Assembly (NCBI GenBank): GCA_009777165.1
Contig: WRML01000001.1
Coordinates: 1-51,558, forward strand
Direction: 5' to 3'
DNA length: 51,558 nt
Origin: Kiritimatiellota bacterium
GTDB taxonomy: Bacteria > Verrucomicrobiota > Kiritimatiellia > RFP12 > UBA1067
Under the pieces are notes generated by a model, which was not told the DNA's origin, did no database searches, and saw only the letters and a program-made list of their open reading frames with translations. Of the stretch, positions 18,681-27,508 are shown piece by piece (position 1 is the stretch's first letter; every line of letters begins with the position of its first letter). The translations under genes were made by a program, and so were the position numbers.

Positions 18681-20570
18681 CTACCAGCACGGCCCGGTCT
18701 TGCCCGGGTGCCCGCCCCCCTCATGGCCGCCGCCCGGCGTGTCCGCGCCCGGGTGGTCGCCGTCGTGCCCGCCGCCGTCGCCGTAGGGCGTGCCGTCCGG
18801 CGCGCCGTCGTGGGCGCACTCGCGATCCTGATCATCCGGGCCCGCCGCGTCCGCGTCCCTCGGCTCGTTGACGAGGAAATACGCCCTTCTTTTTACTGGG
18901 TTGCCGTCCGCATCCACGTCCGAGACGTACTCGACCTCCCGCAGCTCCGCCTTGTTGTTATCCTCCGGCAGCCTGGAGGGGTCAACGACCGCCGTCGCCG
19001 GGTCGTTCGTCTGCCCGGCCTGCTCCGCGCCGATCTTGGTTTTCTTGCCCGGCGAGAACTCGGTCGTCTTCACGGGCGCGACGGCGGTGTGGTCAACCTT
19101 GGCGTCGTCCTTCGGCTCGCCCGTGGCGCGGGCGTTCGAGGAGGTGGCGCGGCGCTGGTTGCGCCATCCGGTCATGAGCCCGGCGAGGTCCTGGGCGGAG
19201 AGCTGGGCGGGCGGCCCGAAAGTCACCTCCATCAGGTCGGCGGCGAGGTCATGGCCGACCTCCTGGCAGATGAGGCCGCCGCGCGTCTGCCCCGGCACGG
19301 GCCACGCGGTGAGCGGCGGCCGCGCGGTGACGCCGAGCGCCTCGCCGTCGTGCGCGTGCTGCGCGAGGATCGCCTCCGCGAGGCCGTCCGGCACCCACTC
19401 CCCGGAGGTCGCGGAGCTGCTCTCCACCCACGAGTACCTGCGCGTCTGCGCGCTGGTGGTGATGAAGTCCATGGTCAGCAGCACGTCCTCCTCCACGTCG
19501 ATCTCCTCGTTGTTTTTGCCGAGCGTGGGGATTTTCGCCTTGACGCGGAAGGTGTCCATCTCGGCGCGGAGCCCGGCAGCCCCGATGTCCTTCATCGGCA
19601 CGGAGGTGATGCGCGGCAGGTCGCCGGAGCGCGACGCGTCCTTCAGCTCCAGGTAATGCTCGTCCACGTTCTCGAGACGCGGGTGCTTCTCTTTCCACCA
19701 CGCCTTGTTCGTCTGCCAGTCCTGCGGGATGTCCTCCGTCTCCACCTTCAGGCTGGCGGAGGTGACGGAGCCGCCCGCGCCGCTCAGGTCGAGCGGGATG
19801 TAGAGAACCCTCTTGCCGTCGGCGGTGTCCCCCGCCGTCTGCACGTCCACCTTGCGGTAGGCGTTGCCGTTGAAATCCCCGGTCGTCTCGATCTCCAGCA
19901 CCACGCCGTCCGGCGGCGAGCCGCTGCGCGACTCGGAGAGCAGCGTCCGGCGCAGCCCCGGGTCGTCCATCCATGCCGCCTCCGCGCCCGCGCCGACGTT
20001 CAGGACGGGGACGGGGCCGGAGTAGTCGAACCACGTGGCGACGGCGGGGAACAGGCGCAGGCAGCGCATCAGCGCCTGGGCGAGCGTGACGCTGCGCTGC
20101 TCATCCGCCGGCAGACAGATTTCCGGCACGCTGACCGCGCCGACGGCGAGCGCGCCCGTCGCGGCCGCCGGCGCGAGGATGTCGAGGACCTGGTCCTTCA
20201 GCGTCATCGGCGAGCCGCTCTGCCCCTGGTTCAGGATGACCCGCGAGAAATACTGCGCCGCCGGCCCGGACGCGCCGAGCGCCATCCACTGCTGGCGGTA
20301 GATGAGGTCGTCGAGCGTCTGCCACGGACCGCGCGCGGTGTAGGGGCGGCTCACCGTTGTCCCGCGCGAGTCCTCGCGCTCCCGCGCATAGATTTTGCCG
20401 CTGAACACCAGCCGCCCGTTGTGGCGCACGTGGACGGGATCGCCCACCTCGAACGCGACGCCCGGGCACCCGAACGCGAACGTGTCCGCCGCCAGGTTGT
20501 TGAGCCTCAGGCTCCCCGCCGTCACGCTGAAAACACCGCTTGTTGATGACACTGCCCAGTCGCCCCTCAT
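18681..20570 (-). CDS. tail hub / baseplate-like structural protein
   Basis: 629 aa. ATG 20570 behind the A8-CGGAG-T8 motif. N-terminal FEVGDPVHVRHNGRLVFSGKIY is reminiscent of gpD/hub N-termini. His/Gly-rich C-terminus. Confidence 0.45.
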   Translation of the reverse strand: MRGDWAVSSTSGVFSVTAGSLRLNNLAADTFAFGCPGVAFEVGDPVHVRHNGRLVFSGKIYAREREDSRGTTVSRPYTARGPWQTLDDLIYRQQWMALGASGPAAQYFSRVILNQGQSGSPMTLKDQVLDILAPAAATGALAVGAVSVPEICLPADEQRSVTLAQALMRCLRLFPAVATWFDYSGPVPVLNVGAGAEAAWMDDPGLRRTLLSESRSGSPPDGVVLEIETTGDFNGNAYRKVDVQTAGDTADGKRVLYIPLDLSGAGGSVTSASLKVETEDIPQDWQTNKAWWKEKHPRLENVDEHYLELKDASRSGDLPRITSVPMKDIGAAGLRAEMDTFRVKAKIPTLGKNNEEIDVEEDVLLTMDFITTSAQTRRYSWVESSSATSGEWVPDGLAEAILAQHAHDGEALGVTARPPLTAWPVPGQTRGGLICQEVGHDLAADLMEVTFGPPAQLSAQDLAGLMTGWRNQRRATSSNARATGEPKDDAKVDHTAVAPVKTTEFSPGKKTKIGAEQAGQTNDPATAVVDPSRLPEDNNKAELREVEYVSDVDADGNPVKRRAYFLVNEPRDADAAGPDDQDRECAHDGAPDGTPYGDGGGHDGDHPGADTPGGGHEGGGHPGKTGPCW

Positions 20571-20694
20571 AAAAAAAACTCCGTTTTTTTTAGTTTTTAG
20601 TTTCGATTCGGCTCGACTCTTCCCGATTCAACTCGATCCGGATCGATAACTAAAAACTTCTTCCTACTTCTCAACTCCTCAACTTCTCAACTTC
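20571..20694. repeat. junction low-complexity hairpin element
   Basis: TAGTTTTTAGTTT arm, CGATTCGGCTCGAC...CGATCCGGATCGAT core, AACTAAAAACT arm, then CTTCTCAAC units. Confidence 0.75.
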
Positions 20695-21069
20695 TTAAAA
20701 CCCCTCCACGCTGTACCTCATGACCAGCGAGCAGCCGATCTGGCGGATGTCGAGATCGCGCAGGGTGGCCTTCGCGAGCAGCGCGGCGCCGTCTATCTCC
20801 AGCGCGCCCTGGCGCGGCGCGGCCGCCTTCATGCCGATGGCGACGGTTTGCGCCTGGGCGACGGTGCCGTAGGTGCGCGTCACGCCGAACGACACGGCGC
20901 AGCTGTCGCACCCCACGTGCTCCGCCTCGATGCCGTCCGCATTGAGGTACTCGTAATCCTCCGTGCCGGGCGTGAGGCGAATGTTGATCCCTTCCGGGCC
21001 GACCGGGTCGCCCTCCGCGCCGGCGGCGCCGCCGGCGCAGAGAATCGCCCCGTTGAGCTTGATCTGCAT
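20695..21069 (-). CDS. hypothetical virion protein
   Basis: ATG 21069 (MQIKLNG) avoids overlap with the upstream lipoprotein gene. Sits in the tail gene block. Confidence 0.4.
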   Translation of the reverse strand: MQIKLNGAILCAGGAAGAEGDPVGPEGINIRLTPGTEDYEYLNADGIEAEHVGCDSCAVSFGVTRTYGTVAQAQTVAIGMKAAAPRQGALEIDGAALLAKATLRDLDIRQIGCSLVMRYSVEGF

Positions 21070-21085
21070 CCCTAATTGTCCCCCC

Positions 21086-21478
21086 TCACTCGCAGTTCCC
21101 GTCAACGCAGTCCCTGATGGCCTGAGCCTCGCCGACGGTCAGCTTGCCGCCGCCGGTGAGCTTGTCCCAGGCGGCGAGCGCCGCCGCCGTCAGCCCGGCC
21201 GTGGGCCTCGCCCCGCCCGTGCCGGCGCTGGCGCCGCCCCACGCCGCAGCGACCTCGGGCTTCACGTCCGTGGTCTGCGTCGGCGTGTTGCGCTGCGAGT
21301 CGCCGCCGCCGTCCGCGCTGGCGTAGAGCCCGTCACCGACCTTCAGCGTCACGTTGCTTGAGTCCGACACATAGATGTCCCGGTACGCCGTCCTGTTCGA
21401 GCGGCTCGCCGGGTCCGCGCTCTGGCAGCCCGCCAAAGCCGCGGCCGCCAGCATCATCATTACCATTGCCTTTTTCAT
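21086..21478 (-). CDS. phage lipoprotein (spanin-like or exclusion protein candidate)
   Basis: MKKAMVMMMLAAAALAGC lipobox, AGGAG upstream, next to the holin-like gene. Confidence 0.55.
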   Translation of the reverse strand: MKKAMVMMMLAAAALAGCQSADPASRSNRTAYRDIYVSDSSNVTLKVGDGLYASADGGGDSQRNTPTQTTDVKPEVAAAWGGASAGTGGARPTAGLTAAALAAWDKLTGGGKLTVGEAQAIRDCVDGNCE

Positions 21479-21497
21479 TCCTGTTCTCCTTTCTTTT

Positions 21498-21538
21498 GAG
21501 TAGCTAGTAACTAGTTACTAGCTACTAGTTACTAGTCA
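21498..21538. repeat. junction palindromic heptamer element
   Basis: GAGTAGCTAGTAACTAGTTACTAGCTACTAGTTACTAGTCA is self-complementary. Confidence 0.75.
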
Positions 21539-21715
21539 CTTCCCCTTCAGTTTGTCACTGAGTTTATTCCGTTTTAGCGCGAGCTTAATCAGCTTAGGCC
21601 CGCACCTCTTCACATCCGCAATCCGCTTGCGGAAAGCCTTGCAGAACGGCACCGCGCCGTCCACTGCCAGATGTCCGCAGGGCCTTGCCCTGCCGTTGCA
21701 GAATTCAATCCTCAT
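21536..21715 (-). CDS. small basic Cys-containing protein (59 aa)
   Basis: Not in the ORF track (<60 aa). MRIEFCNGRARPCGHLAVDGAVPFCKAFRKRIADVKRCGPKLIK... The ATG overlaps the end of the holin-like ORF. Confidence 0.3.
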   Translation of the reverse strand: MRIEFCNGRARPCGHLAVDGAVPFCKAFRKRIADVKRCGPKLIKLALKRNKLSDKLKGK

Positions 21716-21905
21716 CGTTCACCTTCACGACCGTCCTGCTCACCGTATAGCCCATGACCGACAGTATGGTGATAACCTGCCCGACGACCTGCTCCAGCCC
21801 AGTCCCCGCCGGGATGGCCCCGGACATCGAAACCAGCCCTATGACCGCTGCCAGAAGCGACAGCCAAAATTCTGTCGTCTTCCATCCCGGTTTTCGCTCA
21901 TTCAT
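21705..21905 (-). CDS. holin-like two-TM protein
   Basis: 66 aa. KTTEFWLSLLAAVIGLVSM and VVGQVITILSVMGYTV hydrophobic segments with a charged C-terminus. Confidence 0.45.
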   Translation of the reverse strand: MNERKPGWKTTEFWLSLLAAVIGLVSMSGAIPAGTGLEQVVGQVITILSVMGYTVSRTVVKVNDED

Positions 21906-21942
21906 TCCCTGTCTCCTTCTTCATCTGTCCCTTCCTTTTGCC

Positions 21943-21998
21943 CGACTGCCATCGATCGCCATCGGATGCCATCGAGATTCCTAATTCCTAACTCCTCC
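21943..21998. repeat. junction low-complexity element
   Basis: (GCCATCGA-type)x4 core followed by TTCCTAATTCCTAACTCCTCC. Confidence 0.75.
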
Positions 21999-22003
21999 AG
22001 AAA

Positions 22004-22855
22004 TCATTTTCTCCAATTAAAGAGTTTAGCCACCTCTTCCTCTGTAAGAGCCTTCTTGAAAATCATCAAGTCGCACCAGTCGCGCCACGGATTTCTAAAA
22101 TACATTGGCACAATAGTAGGCACAAACGAATCACTGACAACACCTGCGTCAGATAACACGCCGTTGACATAAAGCTTGATGACTCTATCCGAACCGACAA
22201 CCTCGCCGACCGTCAACGCTTTATGTGTCCAAACGTTCACTTGGTCGTCCTTTGCGTAATTGGATAAAAAATTGGGCGAGGTTGTCTCCACGACCCCCGT
22301 GTTCCATCCGTACGCCCCGTTAGCCACCGATGAATTAGACGAATCAACAAATATTCCGTAACGAAGAGAAAGACCGCCAACAGGTGTAAGGCCTCCTCCG
22401 TATACTAACAGTTCGGCGTACGACCCGGCAACGCCAGATTCCCCTCTCCTCGACCACCAGCAAAAAGACGTTTCTCTTTCATCCGAATTGACAGTTTCGG
22501 CGAGCAAGTTCATGTGCGGGGCGGTTGTCACCATAATAGTGTTTGCATCTGCGCACTTGCCGTTCACGCCGTCGCTGGAGAATGTCGGCGTCCCCGCCTG
22601 CGTCAGGTGAAAACCATTACCGCTCCTGTCCGTCAGGTCCCCGTCAAACGCCCACCACGCGAGCGGGTCCAGGTCCAGCGGGTGGAAGGCGCCCGGCCAG
22701 ACCTCCTCCCCGCCGAGGCGCGCCGCTTTCGCGTCGCGCCCCCCCGCGATCATCCGCGCCACGCCCGGCATCCCGGCGGCGGCGGCCCCCGCCGCCGCGC
22801 ACGCCCCCCCGGCGATGAACGCCCTCCGCCGCATCCGGCGGCCATCGGCGGCCAT
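22004..22855 (-). CDS. LamG/concanavalin-like lectin domain protein with twin-arginine-like N-terminus
   Basis: ATG 22855 behind AGGAGT. RRMRRRAFIAGGACAAAGAAAAG N-terminus. LamG-like body (WAFDGDLTDRSGNGFH ... LYVNGV). The 3' half is clearly AT-richer than the 5' part. Confidence 0.55.
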   Translation of the reverse strand: MAADGRRMRRRAFIAGGACAAAGAAAAGMPGVARMIAGGRDAKAARLGGEEVWPGAFHPLDLDPLAWWAFDGDLTDRSGNGFHLTQAGTPTFSSDGVNGKCADANTIMVTTAPHMNLLAETVNSDERETSFCWWSRRGESGVAGSYAELLVYGGGLTPVGGLSLRYGIFVDSSNSSVANGAYGWNTGVVETTSPNFLSNYAKDDQVNVWTHKALTVGEVVGSDRVIKLYVNGVLSDAGVVSDSFVPTIVPMYFRNPWRDWCDLMIFKKALTEEEVAKLFNWRK

Positions 22856-22857
22856 CG

Positions 22858-22900
22858 AGACTCCTGACTCCTCACTCCTCACTCCTAACTCCTGATTCCT
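22858..22900. repeat. junction low-complexity element
   Basis: GACTCCTGACTCCTCACTCCTCACTCCTAACTCCTGATTCCT. Confidence 0.75.
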
Positions 22901-23859
22901 CACGGCCCGTCCTCCAAAATGATGTACAGCGTCTGCGGGTCCGGGACGGCGATCGCGTCGTACTCCCCCTGCGTGCCGGTCCAGATCGCGGCGACGGTCG
23001 CGCTGGAGACCTTGCCCGCGGCGGCGGCGGCGACGTGCCCCTCGGTCGCGAGCGTGCCGCCCGCGCCGTCCCGCGGCAGCGCGAACACCGCCTTGGGGGC
23101 CTCGCCCCACTGCAGGGCGAACGTCCCGTCCGGCGCGACGGTCAGCTCCGACATCACCGGCGCTTCCGGCGAATAGTCCGCCAGCACGACCGCGCCAGCC
23201 GCGCCGTCCAGCAGGACGGTCGTGCCCTTGGCCGCCTGCGCGTTGATCTCCTCGCCCACGAGGAAGCGGTGCCGTTTGTGTGTGAACCCGCGCCCCCAGA
23301 GCTCGAACGCGTCGCCGACGCCGTTGGCCTCGCCCTTCCGCACGGCGGCGGCCACCGCCCCTGCCACGTGCTCCTCGGTCGCATACCCCCCCAGCGCGCC
23401 CGGCAGGAGCCACGGCGCGTTGAGGCAGGGCGTCGCGAGGAAGTCCAGGTACGGGATCGGCGGCGTAAGGGTGTTCGGTTTCCGCCCCGGCGAGGGCAGT
23501 ACCCGCAGCACCCCGTTCGCCTGATAGTTATGCCCGTCCGCGCCGATGAAGAAGGTGTATTGCGGCGCCCCCGTGTAATACTCCGGCAGCCACTGGAAGG
23601 CGTTGCCGGCCGTGTTCGTGAACCAGACGGCACCCATGCCGTTCGTCTGCCAGTAGAGCGTGAACGTCATCCCGTTGGTCGCCAGCGGCGCGCCGTAGGC
23701 GAGCCACGCCGGCTCGAACGTGATCGCGTCCCCGTCGTAGCGCGTGAACTGCGCCGGCGCGGGCCGCGCCACGTCCGTCTCCCAGCGCAGCGGTATCTGC
23801 GCGGCGGCGGTGGCCGCCAAAAGTAATAGGTAACAGGTAATAAGTAATAGGTTTTTCAT
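22900..23859 (-). CDS. tail-fibre-like protein with hydrophobic N-terminus
   Basis: C-terminal IWTGTQGEYDAIAVPDPQTLYII matches a motif common in phage tail-fibre proteins. The N-terminal MKNLLLITCYLLLLAA is encoded by ATAGGTA-type heptamer repeats. Confidence 0.5.
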   Translation of the reverse strand: MKNLLLITCYLLLLAATAAAQIPLRWETDVARPAPAQFTRYDGDAITFEPAWLAYGAPLATNGMTFTLYWQTNGMGAVWFTNTAGNAFQWLPEYYTGAPQYTFFIGADGHNYQANGVLRVLPSPGRKPNTLTPPIPYLDFLATPCLNAPWLLPGALGGYATEEHVAGAVAAAVRKGEANGVGDAFELWGRGFTHKRHRFLVGEEINAQAAKGTTVLLDGAAGAVVLADYSPEAPVMSELTVAPDGTFALQWGEAPKAVFALPRDGAGGTLATEGHVAAAAAGKVSSATVAAIWTGTQGEYDAIAVPDPQTLYIILEDGP

Positions 23860-23870
23860 AAATTCCTTTT

Positions 23871-23981
23871 AGTTTCCAGTTTCCAGTTTCTAGTTTCCAG
23901 TTGTCGACTGCCATCGACAGCCATCGGCGGCTATCGATTGCCATCGAAATTCCTCACTCCTAATTACTAACTCCTAACTCC
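23871..23981. repeat. junction low-complexity element
   Basis: (AGTTTCC)x4, (GNCATCGA)x5 core, CTCACTCCTAATTACTAACTCCTAACTC. Confidence 0.8.
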
Positions 23982-24871
23982 ACCGAATACAGCCTCCCGT
24001 CGCTCACGCGCCGGTGCGCGACGAACCCGAGCTGGCCGAAGCGGAGCTGGGTGCTGCCCCACTGCAGCGGCCCGGTGACGAGCGCGGCGTTGTGGAGCGT
24101 GACCTCCAGCCCCCCGCCCTGGCCCGTGATCACGAGGTCGCCGCCCGTGCGCGTGGACGCGCCGCGCCCCTTCGACACGGGGAGCGCGGCGAGTATCTCG
24201 CCGAGCCCCTTGCCCAGCGGCGTGCAGGACGCGCGGACGGTCACGTCCGTCAGCAGCAGGTCCACGGTCCCGACGTCGTCGGCCGGGAGCGGCTCGAGGC
24301 CCAGCTCGAAGGTGACGGTCCAGCCGTCAACGGTGTCGGGCAGCGTCAGGCTGCCGAACGCGGCGGTGTACGCGGTGCCGGTGATGGCGTTGGGGTCGGG
24401 GTACCCGGCGGCATACGCCTCCTCCGCGACCTTGCAGAACGCGTCCGGCGCGTCCGGCCTCTTGTTGTCCGCGACGAGCGCGGTGAACTCCGCCTGCCCG
24501 AACGCGGTCTTGACCGCGCTCAGACGCAGGTCCGGGATTTTCGTGAGCGCGGCATTGAGCAGCGTCACCTTCTTGCCGTCCGTGCCGTGGACGGTCAGCG
24601 GCGTGTCGGCCGCGCCGCAGACGCGCGAGCCGATCGCCGGCGCCTGGTGCGGGTAGAGGATGTCCAGTATCGGCTGGCTGATGACGCCGCCCGGCGTGAG
24701 CGTCACGACGCCCCGCTGGTCGGTCTTGATGGTGTCGAGCTTGCCGCTCACGCTGGAGGGGATGTCCTGCGTGGCGCTGTCGATGTTGACGGTGATGCCG
24801 TCCGCGTCGTGGATCACCACGCCGCCGTAACTCAGGGCCCCCGGCCCTGTCAGGATGTTCTTCCGTTCCAT
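23960..24871 (-). CDS. major tail (tube) protein candidate
   Basis: ATG 24871 behind AGGAG; the upstream 51 codons of the ORF track are junction repeats. About 300 aa, placed after the head-tail joining genes. Confidence 0.45.
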   Translation of the reverse strand: MERKNILTGPGALSYGGVVIHDADGITVNIDSATQDIPSSVSGKLDTIKTDQRGVVTLTPGGVISQPILDILYPHQAPAIGSRVCGAADTPLTVHGTDGKKVTLLNAALTKIPDLRLSAVKTAFGQAEFTALVADNKRPDAPDAFCKVAEEAYAAGYPDPNAITGTAYTAAFGSLTLPDTVDGWTVTFELGLEPLPADDVGTVDLLLTDVTVRASCTPLGKGLGEILAALPVSKGRGASTRTGGDLVITGQGGGLEVTLHNAALVTGPLQWGSTQLRFGQLGFVAHRRVSDGRLYSVELGVSN

Positions 24872-24890
24872 TCGGTCTTCTCCTTTTTTT

Positions 24891-24968
24891 GAGTTTTTAG
24901 TTTCCGGTTTCTCCTTTCCAGCGCTCGACAGCCATCGACTGCATTCGACTGCCATCGAAAACTGGGAA
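24891..24968. repeat. junction low-complexity element
   Basis: GAGTTTTTAGTTTCCGGTTTC units, then CGACAGCCATCGACTGCATTCGACTGCCATCGAAA core. Confidence 0.75.
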
Positions 24969-25430
24969 CTAACCATTCTCCACTTTTTTCGGCGGCGGCG
25001 CGAAAAGCGTCGTGAGCGCCTCAAAGCTGATGTTGTAGATGAGCGCGCCTTTCTCCAGCACCGCGCTGGAGATGTCCTTGAACACGACGGTCTCGCCGTC
25101 CGGCAGACGGGCGAGGTTGAGCGCGACGGCGATGTGCCGCGCCGCCTCGCCGGCGGTGCGCATGTTCGCGCGCCCCCGGTTCATCAGCGGGCGCTCCGAA
25201 ACCTGCACGGCGATGTCCGCGCGCGCGGTGACGTTGCGGCTGTCGCTGCTCTCGGCCCGCGCGGACGGCACCGCCACGACCGCGACGATGCCCAGCCGCG
25301 CCAGGGCGCCCTTGACGGTGTCGTCGATGTCGCCCTTGTCCTCGCAGTGGATCTCCACGCCGGCGACGGCGAGGAACTCGTCCCTTGCAAGGATGTTGCA
25401 GACCTCCTGATGGATGGTTTCAAAAGCCAT
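24969..25430 (-). CDS. tail completion / head-tail joining protein candidate
   Basis: 153 aa. Starts 1 nt after the stop of the upstream gene. Called by position only. Confidence 0.4.
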   Translation of the reverse strand: MAFETIHQEVCNILARDEFLAVAGVEIHCEDKGDIDDTVKGALARLGIVAVVAVPSARAESSDSRNVTARADIAVQVSERPLMNRGRANMRTAGEAARHIAVALNLARLPDGETVVFKDISSAVLEKGALIYNISFEALTTLFAPPPKKVENG

Positions 25431-25431
25431 G

Positions 25432-26016
25432 TCAATCTCCTTTTTTCTCCAGTGCCCTCCGGATCACGCCGAGGATGCCCTCCTTCGCCGCGCCGCCCAT
25501 CGCCGCGTCGGTGGGCAGGAGGCTCCTGTCCTGCGGGATCAGCACCGACTTCGCGAGGATGTAGAGCGGCACCACCTGGCCCGGCCCCGGCGAGTAGGCG
25601 AGGTAGTCCGCGCCCTTCGGGCGGAAGATGACGCGCCCCTCAGCCCTGAGCTGGGCGACGCGCTTGCCGTATGAGATCGCGTGGACGGGGATCGTCAGCG
25701 CCTTGGCGATGACGGGGCGGACCGTGAACGCGCCGAACACGCGCCTGAACCCCGGCGAGCGGATCACCACGTGGGCGTCGAACCCCCGCGACCCGACGGC
25801 CACGGACTTCTCCGCCTCCCGCAGGTGCCCGGTCGGCTCCGCGCCGAGCCGCTGCGCGGTCTTGTGGTGCGTGCGCGCGGTCAGGCGCAGGTGCGCCGTG
25901 ACCAGCTTGCGCACGCCGTTCGCCGCGGCCCGGAAGAGCCGCGCCCGCGCGCTGCGGGACAGCACCGCCATCAGCGCGTCCAGGCGCGGGGTGCTCGGTG
26001 TCGTGTTAATCTGCAT
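25432..26016 (-). CDS. virion morphogenesis / head-tail adaptor candidate (Mu gpG / HK97 gp10-like)
   Basis: 194 aa, ATG behind the A7-TCGGAG-T7 motif. TGHLREAEKSVAVGSRGFDAHVVI pattern. Confidence 0.4.
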   Translation of the reverse strand: MQINTTPSTPRLDALMAVLSRSARARLFRAAANGVRKLVTAHLRLTARTHHKTAQRLGAEPTGHLREAEKSVAVGSRGFDAHVVIRSPGFRRVFGAFTVRPVIAKALTIPVHAISYGKRVAQLRAEGRVIFRPKGADYLAYSPGPGQVVPLYILAKSVLIPQDRSLLPTDAAMGGAAKEGILGVIRRALEKKGD

Positions 26017-26036
26017 AAAAAAACTCCGATTTTTTT

Positions 26037-26158
26037 GAGTTAGGAGTTAGGAAGTAGGAAGTAGGAGTTTCGACACCCCCCGACGGCAATCGACTGCCAT
26101 CGAAACCAATAACTCCTAACTCCTACTTCCTAACTCCTAACTCCTAATTCCTAACTCC
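26037..26158. repeat. junction hairpin element
   Basis: Arm GAGTTAGGAGTTAGGAAGTAGGAAGTAGGAG, core TTTCGACACCCCCCGACGGCAATCGACTGCCATCGAAA, inverted arm CTCCTAACTCCTACTTCCTAACTCCTAACTCC. Confidence 0.85.
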
Positions 26159-26907
26159 ATTAACAGGTTCTCGGTGAACTCCGGGCCGAAATCCCGGAGC
26201 GCCCGCGCGATCTCGTCCTCATCCGGCGAGAGCGACTGCTCCCCGGGCAGGGGCGTCCCGGTGATGCCGAGGTCCCCCGCCTCCTCGCGGTCAACGGGCA
26301 CCCACTCGAGGGTCGAGCCGAACGCGAACGGCGGGTAGGGGTTGCCGAGGGTGTCGCCGAACCCGCCGGCGCCGTCGCCGAGCGCCTGCCAGACGGGGGA
26401 GTCCTTCCGCGCCGCCATCTGCGCGCGCGACGCGCCCTCCCAGCCGCAGGCGTCGCCCGCCGCCGCCCAGCGCTCGGCCCAGTCCTGCCGCGGCGCCTTC
26501 GCGCTGCCGACGCGCACCAGCTCCCACGCGGGGTAGGCCTCGAGCGTCCCCGCCGTCTGCGCGTTGACGCTCGCGACCGACTCCGCCATGGTGCGCTGGG
26601 TGTCGAGGATGAGCTGGAGGCGCGTGCGGCTGCCGAGGTCGGTGAGCGAGCCGGGGCTCTCCGGCACGTACCCCGACGCGTCAAGCCACGCCCGGAGCCG
26701 GTCCCGCGCGGTCTCGTCGCTGATCCTCCCCGCCGCCGCGTCCGCGCACACGTCCCGCATCTCCTTCAGGTACGCCGCCTCCGCCGTCCGCGCGCTGAAG
26801 ATGGACGTGCGGCGGATGTCTGCGGAAATCCGCCCGCGCGCCTCCCGCGAGGAGAGGTGCGTGGGCAGGATGGCTTTGTCCATGATGATCTGTGCGGGTG
26901 ACTTCAT
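26137..26907 (-). CDS. head morphogenesis-like protein (function uncertain)
   Basis: 256 aa, ATG behind A8-CGGAG-T8. The C-terminal ELGIRS residues are read from the junction repeat. Confidence 0.4.
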   Translation of the reverse strand: MKSPAQIIMDKAILPTHLSSREARGRISADIRRTSIFSARTAEAAYLKEMRDVCADAAAGRISDETARDRLRAWLDASGYVPESPGSLTDLGSRTRLQLILDTQRTMAESVASVNAQTAGTLEAYPAWELVRVGSAKAPRQDWAERWAAAGDACGWEGASRAQMAARKDSPVWQALGDGAGGFGDTLGNPYPPFAFGSTLEWVPVDREEAGDLGITGTPLPGEQSLSPDEDEIARALRDFGPEFTENLLMELGIRS

Positions 26908-26930
26908 AAAAAAAACTCCGTTTTTTTTTA

Positions 26931-27055
26931 GTTAGGAGTGAGGAGTTAGGAAGTAGGAGTTTCGATGGCAATCGATAGCCGCCGATGGCAATCGATGGCT
27001 GTCGAAACTGGAAACCGGAAACTTCTCCTCATTCCTAACTCCTAACTCCTAATTA
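26931..27055. repeat. junction hairpin element
   Basis: AGGAGT/AGGAAGT arm, (CGATGGC-type)x4 core, CTGGAAAC units, inverted CTCATTCCTAACTCCTAACTCCTAATT arm. Confidence 0.85.
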
Positions 27056-27060
27056 TTTCT

Positions 27061-27486
27061 TCAGTCGAGTACCCTTGGCGGGACGGTGACCTGCGGCACG
27101 CCGATGTCCGGCGCGGGGTCCGGGAGAAACTCCTCGTCCGGCGGCTCGATCACCAGCCGGCCGAGGTTGTCGCGGACGTGGTTCGCCCGCCGCCACTCCT
27201 CCACGCGCAGCGCGTCGAGGAGGGACTCCATGCCCGGAAGCCGCGTGTAGGCGCGGTAGCGGAAGTCGGCGAGGACGTGGACCTCGATCTCCGAAGGCAG
27301 CGCGAGGGGGCGCACGTCCAGCGCGGCCACCCGCGCGAGCGCGCCGCGCCACTCCCCGGCGACGGCGGCGGCGATCTCCGCCAGCACGTCGCCCTGCGCG
27401 GCGGACGTCGCCGCGCGCGCCAGCGCCTCGTGCTCCGCCCCCGCCACGCGCTTCAGCAGGTCGTCAGGTGTCAGTTCCCGCCACAT
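27061..27486 (-). CDS. head-tail connector candidate (Mu gp36 / DUF1320-like)
   Basis: 141 aa immediately after the capsid gene. VLADFRYRAYTRLP pattern. Confidence 0.45.
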   Translation of the reverse strand: MWRELTPDDLLKRVAGAEHEALARAATSAAQGDVLAEIAAAVAGEWRGALARVAALDVRPLALPSEIEVHVLADFRYRAYTRLPGMESLLDALRVEEWRRANHVRDNLGRLVIEPPDEEFLPDPAPDIGVPQVTVPPRVLD

Positions 27487-27508
27487 GAAAAAAACTCCGT
27501 TTTTTTTA

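Noticed and set aside
18548-18835. N-terminal extensions in the ORF track that read through junction repeats, giving ELGVRSEELGVRN-, GNWKLET- or MAVDGRR-type peptides. Examples are 16322..18835, 22004..23413, 23960..25024, 38055..38408 and 38823..39152.
   Set aside because: In each case an internal ATG with a good Shine-Dalgarno sequence, or the A-run/CGGAG/T-run motif, lies right after the repeat and avoids overlap with the upstream gene. This differs from the portal, gp27-like and gatB cases, where unique conserved sequence lies on both sides of the repeat.
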